Shown piece after piece: positions 58,837 to 64,000 of a DNA stretch of 64,000 bases (the stretch's first letter is position 1; every line of letters starts with the position of its first letter). This stretch comes from Chloroflexota bacterium (GTDB lineage Bacteria > Chloroflexota > UBA11872 > VXOZ01). The stretch covers positions 2,304,001-2,368,000 of the forward strand of contig OY760183.1 in assembly GCA_963663275.1 (NCBI GenBank), in the 5' to 3' direction. The notes below the pieces were generated by a model that was not told where the DNA came from, searched no databases, and worked only from the letters and a program-made list of their open reading frames with translations. The position numbers and the translations under genes are program-made.

Positions 58837-58894
58837 CGGAAGCACATATGCGTAGGGGCACGACGTGTCGTGCCCCTACGCATATGTGCTTCCG
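58837..58894. repeat. Perfect 28-bp inverted repeat with a GTAG REP core
   Basis: cggaagcacatatgcgtaggggcacgac-gt-gtcgtgcccctacgcatatgtgcttccg. Confidence 0.92.
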
Positions 58895-58911
58895 CAGCGA
58901 CCAGAGGGTTT

Positions 58912-58950
58912 AGAGAAAGAGCGAACGCCCTGCCGGTGAGGCGGGGCGTT
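58912..58950 (-). terminator. Intrinsic terminator after the 16S gene
   Basis: aacgccccgcc/ggcagggcgtt stem followed by cgctctttctct on the minus strand. Confidence 0.55.
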
Positions 58951-59062
58951 GGTGAGTAAGGTGGCTAATTAGCAGGAGGAGGGTGATGAAGGGGGGTGTG
59001 GTTAGTAGGAGGTTAGGGAGGTAGTTGTGGGGGTATGGAGAGGTGTTGGGAAAATATCCCTA

Positions 59063-60596
<1,534 letters not shown>

Positions 60597-60734
60597 AAAA
60601 CATCTCATGCTCAGTTGCTCTGTCTCCACCACTCCCATCCACCCCAAGTCCCCCCGGCTCTCCTCTTCCCTCACCCTTACCTTCATCACTCTTTTCCTGT
60701 TAATGTGCCACCCGCCCAAAGACAGGCAAATTTC

Positions 60735-60764
60735 ATAGTACCACCCACGCTATCTGCTCGTCAA
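60735..60764 (-). promoter_or_regulatory. Promoter of the 16S gene
   Basis: TTGACG-18 nt-TACTAT with TGG extension on the minus strand. Confidence 0.7.
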
Positions 60765-60959
60765 GTGCCGCCGGCCTCTTCAACGCTCGCATCGCGAGAC
60801 TTCCTCGACGAGGAGCCGGCGTGGCCCGCAACTGGTTGCGGCACAGGCGCGCTCACCCTGGCTCTCAAGCAAACCTGGAGAGATTACCGTTCACGCAAGG
60901 CGAGCCAGACCGGAAGGCGCCCGCTCTGTGCAAAGCATGACCACGCGCCGCAGTCACCA

Positions 60960-60989
60960 TTGACGAACCGGCGAACGGCTTGCTAGACT
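60960..60989 (+). promoter_or_regulatory. Promoter of tRNA-His
   Basis: TTGACG-18 nt-TAGACT with TG extension. Confidence 0.6.
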
Positions 60990-61012
60990 GAGCTAGTAAC
61001 GCTCTCCAACGC

Positions 61013-61090
61013 GGTGGCTGTAGCTCAACAGGTTAGAGCTCTGGACTGTGGCTCCAGCGGTTGGGGGTTCGAGTCCCCTCAGCCACCCCA
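61013..61090 (+). tRNA. tRNA-His (GTG)
   Basis: Encoded G-1, GTGGCTG/CAGCCAC acceptor stem, ctgga-CTGTGGC-tccag anticodon arm, CCA end. Confidence 0.96.
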
Positions 61091-61133
61091 ATTCCCGCCC
61101 TGTCCCAATCTATTCGGCATGGAGCGTCAGGCA

Positions 61134-62201
61134 ATGGCCAACGCCACGTATGAGACACTCAAGGGCCGTTTGGATCGCGGTGACGTGGTCATCCTGGACG
61201 GCGCAATCGGGACCGAACTCCAGGCGATGGGTGTGCCCATGGACCCGGCTTCGTGGTGCGGCCCCGGCAACTACACCCACCCGGCAACCGTGCGGCAGAT
61301 GCACGAGCGTTACATCCGGGCGGGGGCCGACGTCATAACCACTAATACGTTCAACACGTTGCGCCCCGCGCTGGAGGCGTCCGGCTACGGAGACTTGGTG
61401 AGGGAAGTAAACGTCCGTGCCGTGGATGCGGCGCGGGAGGCCAGGGACCGGGCCGCCGGTGACAAGCACGTGTACATCGCCGGCTCCATCTCGTGCCGCA
61501 CGCCCATTCGCGACCACCGCACCGGGACGCTCTTAGGCGGCACCGGTTTTGGCTATGGCGCCAGTCTCTCGGCGGAGGAGTTGCGATTTCACGCCGGAGA
61601 GCAAGCGGACGTCCTGGCCGAGTCCGGCGTCGACTTCTTCCTGATTGAGAACATGTGGGCCGACAACGAGTCCCGGGCGATTGCCACTGAGGCGGCGCAG
61701 AGCACGGGACTGCCGGTATGGGTGGCGTTTACGGCTTCCCTGGCGCCCGACGGACAGGAAGTCAGGATGTGTTTTGCCGGCGAGCGCACGTACAGCGTCG
61801 GCCTGGGGGTACCGATGGGAACTGAGTCGTGGCGGGCCGTCGATAATGACATGACCTTGGCCGCCGCCGTCAGTGAGATTGCGCGGCTGGAGCCGGACGC
61901 GCTCGGCGTCTTTCACAGCAGGCTGAGCGAGACCACAACGGCGCTTCAGGTCGTCACCGATACATGGAACGGCCCAATTGTCGCCTATCCGGACGCGGGC
62001 AGGCCGGACTACCTCGATACCCAGCGGGACAGCAGCATAGTCAACGAAGATTCCGCCGCGGAATTGACGCGCGAGGCCGTCGCGTGGGTTGGCATGGGCG
62101 CCCAGGTGATCGGCGCGTGCTGCGGCTTCGGTCCCGAATATGTCCAAGCCCTGTCCGGCGCCCTGCCGGGTCGAATCTCATCGCCGCGAGCGGGTTCGTA
62201 G
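61134..62201 (+). CDS. Homocysteine S-methyltransferase family protein
   Basis: ILDGAIGTEL, H..YIRAGADVITTNTF, IAGSI, AYP, IGACCG.GPEY. Confidence 0.9.
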   Translation: MANATYETLKGRLDRGDVVILDGAIGTELQAMGVPMDPASWCGPGNYTHPATVRQMHERYIRAGADVITTNTFNTLRPALEASGYGDLVREVNVRAVDAAREARDRAAGDKHVYIAGSISCRTPIRDHRTGTLLGGTGFGYGASLSAEELRFHAGEQADVLAESGVDFFLIENMWADNESRAIATEAAQSTGLPVWVAFTASLAPDGQEVRMCFAGERTYSVGLGVPMGTESWRAVDNDMTLAAAVSEIARLEPDALGVFHSRLSETTTALQVVTDTWNGPIVAYPDAGRPDYLDTQRDSSIVNEDSAAELTREAVAWVGMGAQVIGACCGFGPEYVQALSGALPGRISSPRAGS

Positions 62202-62280
62202 GCAAGTCTCCGCCGGATTTTCCCGGACATGCTCAGTCGGTACGCAGGCCAGGCATTCGGACTGGCGGGAGGGCTCTGGC

Positions 62281-63813
62281 ATGGAATCCAAACCATTGGT
62301 GATCGTAGGCGCGGGCGTAGCCGGGACGGCCGCCGCGATTGAAGCAGCGCGCGCTGGCGTGCCGGTCACCCTCATCGACGAGAACCCCGTCACCCCATCC
62401 ATGATGGGGCTGGACGTACCGCAATTCTTCGGCAAACGGGCGGCGGATTCGCTAGGCGATAGGGACAAGACGCTCCGGAGCGTGGCCGCGGCCAACCCCG
62501 CACTGGCGGAGGCTGAAGCGGCCGGCGTCGACGTGCAGTTAGGGACGTGCGTCTGGGGCGCTTTCCGCAATACGGAAAACAGTAGGAATCTTGATGGCCC
62601 GCAGCTTGGCTTGGCCGACGACAAGCAGTCGTGGGTGATAAAGTACGAGCGGCTCATCGTGGCGGCCGGTTCCCGGGACTTGAACCTCTCCTTTGCCGGG
62701 TCGCATATGGCGGGCGCAACGGGGGCCAGCGGCGCTCACTCCCTGATGCACCGGTACAAGGCCTTGGCGTCGGGGCGCATGGTGATCCTAGGCTCCGGCA
62801 ACCTGGGACTCAACACCGCGAGAATGGCGCTGGACAACGGGGTAGAGGTGGTGGCTATTGTAGACGTTTCCCCCTCCGCGCGCGGTGACGAGGCGCTGCT
62901 GGCCGGTTTGCAGGCAGAGGGCGTCGAACTGTACACCTCCCATACCGTAAAGGAAGCGGTTGGCACGGACGACGGCATAGAGTCCGTCGTGCTGGTCGCA
63001 ATCGACGAGAATAACGAGCCAATTGCCGGCGCCGAGAAGACTATCGCCGCCGATACCGTCTGCTTGGCTATCGGCTTAGTGCCGAACATAGAGCTACTCA
63101 GCCTCCTGGATTGCGACATTCGCTTCGCGTCCGAGCTTGGCGGATACGTGCCGGCGCACGACGAGTGGATGCGGACCAGCGTCGCGGCCGTATTCGTCGC
63201 GGGCGAAGTAGCCGGGTTCCACGACGGCATGATCCTCGACCCCGGCATTGCACGGCATCAAGGCCGCCTCGCCGGACTAGCCGCCGCCGAGTCGCTGGGC
63301 GCTATTGACAGTGCGGCGGCCCGCGCCCGGCGGGCCGAGTTTCAGGCCCAGACCGCCGCCGCGGCGCCGTCCGAAGTACATTCGGGCTGGCAGCAGTGGC
63401 TTCAGTCCTTTGCCAGTGCCGGCGGGCCGGATGTTCTTGCGTGCGCGTGCGAGGAAGTCACCAACGCTGAACTCATAGACTTGCAGCCGCCGCGGTACTT
63501 GGATTGGCGCTCGGAGCAGATGAGCCGTCGGAACCTGCAGACCCAATTGCGGGACGGCCCCGTCAATCCCGACCAGGTCAAGCGCCTGACACAGGCCGGC
63601 ATGGGCGAATGCCAGGGCCGGCGGTGCCGCGAGCAGGTATCGCTGCTGCTGGCCGCGGAGTCCGGTACCGACATCGCCGACGTGCCCTTCATGTCCTACC
63701 GGCCGCCGGTACGACCTCTGCCGCTGAGTGTCATGTGGCCGCACGATGAGACGGAGCAGATGCGCGAGAATTGGGTCAAGTGGTTCGTTCCCGTGAGTAG
63801 AGTGTTGGGGTAG
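62281..63813 (+). CDS. NAD(P)/FAD oxidoreductase with a BFD-like [2Fe-2S] domain (HcnB/OoxA/sarcosine-oxidase-alpha type)
   Basis: [24 protein letters not shown]...[22 protein letters not shown]. Confidence 0.88.
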   Translation: MESKPLVIVGAGVAGTAAAIEAARAGVPVTLIDENPVTPSMMGLDVPQFFGKRAADSLGDRDKTLRSVAAANPALAEAEAAGVDVQLGTCVWGAFRNTENSRNLDGPQLGLADDKQSWVIKYERLIVAAGSRDLNLSFAGSHMAGATGASGAHSLMHRYKALASGRMVILGSGNLGLNTARMALDNGVEVVAIVDVSPSARGDEALLAGLQAEGVELYTSHTVKEAVGTDDGIESVVLVAIDENNEPIAGAEKTIAADTVCLAIGLVPNIELLSLLDCDIRFASELGGYVPAHDEWMRTSVAAVFVAGEVAGFHDGMILDPGIARHQGRLAGLAAAESLGAIDSAAARARRAEFQAQTAAAAPSEVHSGWQQWLQSFASAGGPDVLACACEEVTNAELIDLQPPRYLDWRSEQMSRRNLQTQLRDGPVNPDQVKRLTQAGMGECQGRRCREQVSLLLAAESGTDIADVPFMSYRPPVRPLPLSVMWPHDETEQMRENWVKWFVPVSRVLG

Positions 63814-63848
63814 GCGGAAACGCAAGGCCGGAGCAGCGGAGTAGCACC

Positions 63849-64000
63849 ATGGCAATTGGCAGTGCGGATGCAGTCATCATTGGGGGTGGCATTTCGGGCC
63901 TCAGCACAGCCTATCATCTGGCCAAAGCGGGCAAGGTTGTCGTCGTCATCGAGAAAGGGATCGTGGGGGCCGAGGCTTCCGGGCGCAACGGCGGGATGAT
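63849..64000 (+). CDS. DAO-family FAD oxidoreductase (HcnC/OoxB-like), 5' part
   Basis: [40 protein letters not shown]; truncated by the window end. Confidence 0.88.
   Translation, partial: MAIGSADAVIIGGGISGLSTAYHLAKAGKVVVVIEKGIVGAEASGRNGGM

Noticed and set aside
61013-61133. tRNA-His (or tRNA-Glu/fMet) as an island or prophage attachment site
   Set aside because: No integrase, no duplicated tRNA 3' end seen in the window, and downstream genes are metabolic. The 61014 ORF start lies inside the tRNA and is not the real start.

Overview
High-GC bacterial chromosomal window from a Chloroflexota member. The 16S rRNA has an exact CFX1223 probe site (CCATTGTAGCGTGTGTGTAG), a 1-mismatch GNSB941 site and the Chloroflexi-type short V7 helix. 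A supB/C/D/E-like block hints at a marine-sponge symbiont (inference). It holds about 52 CDS, mostly catabolic or redox enzymes and orphan Tat-lipoprotein binding proteins, plus greA-lysS-serS, a solitary 16S gene, rnpB, and tRNA-Glu, -fMet and -His. Intergenic DNA is full of several REP/MITE-like palindromic families, including two 40-bp-period tandem arrays. No CRISPR, prophage or transposase was found. Most notable: (1) the 16S has covarying substitutions in the near-universal h5/h14 shoulder, which destroys the 341F/EUB338 sites; (2) an A29-U41 initiator tRNA and two genes (lysS, a DUF6962-like gene) that seem to need ACG/ATT starts; (3) a glcDEF-FNR-nuoEF operon; (4) sup accessory genes without the PKS.
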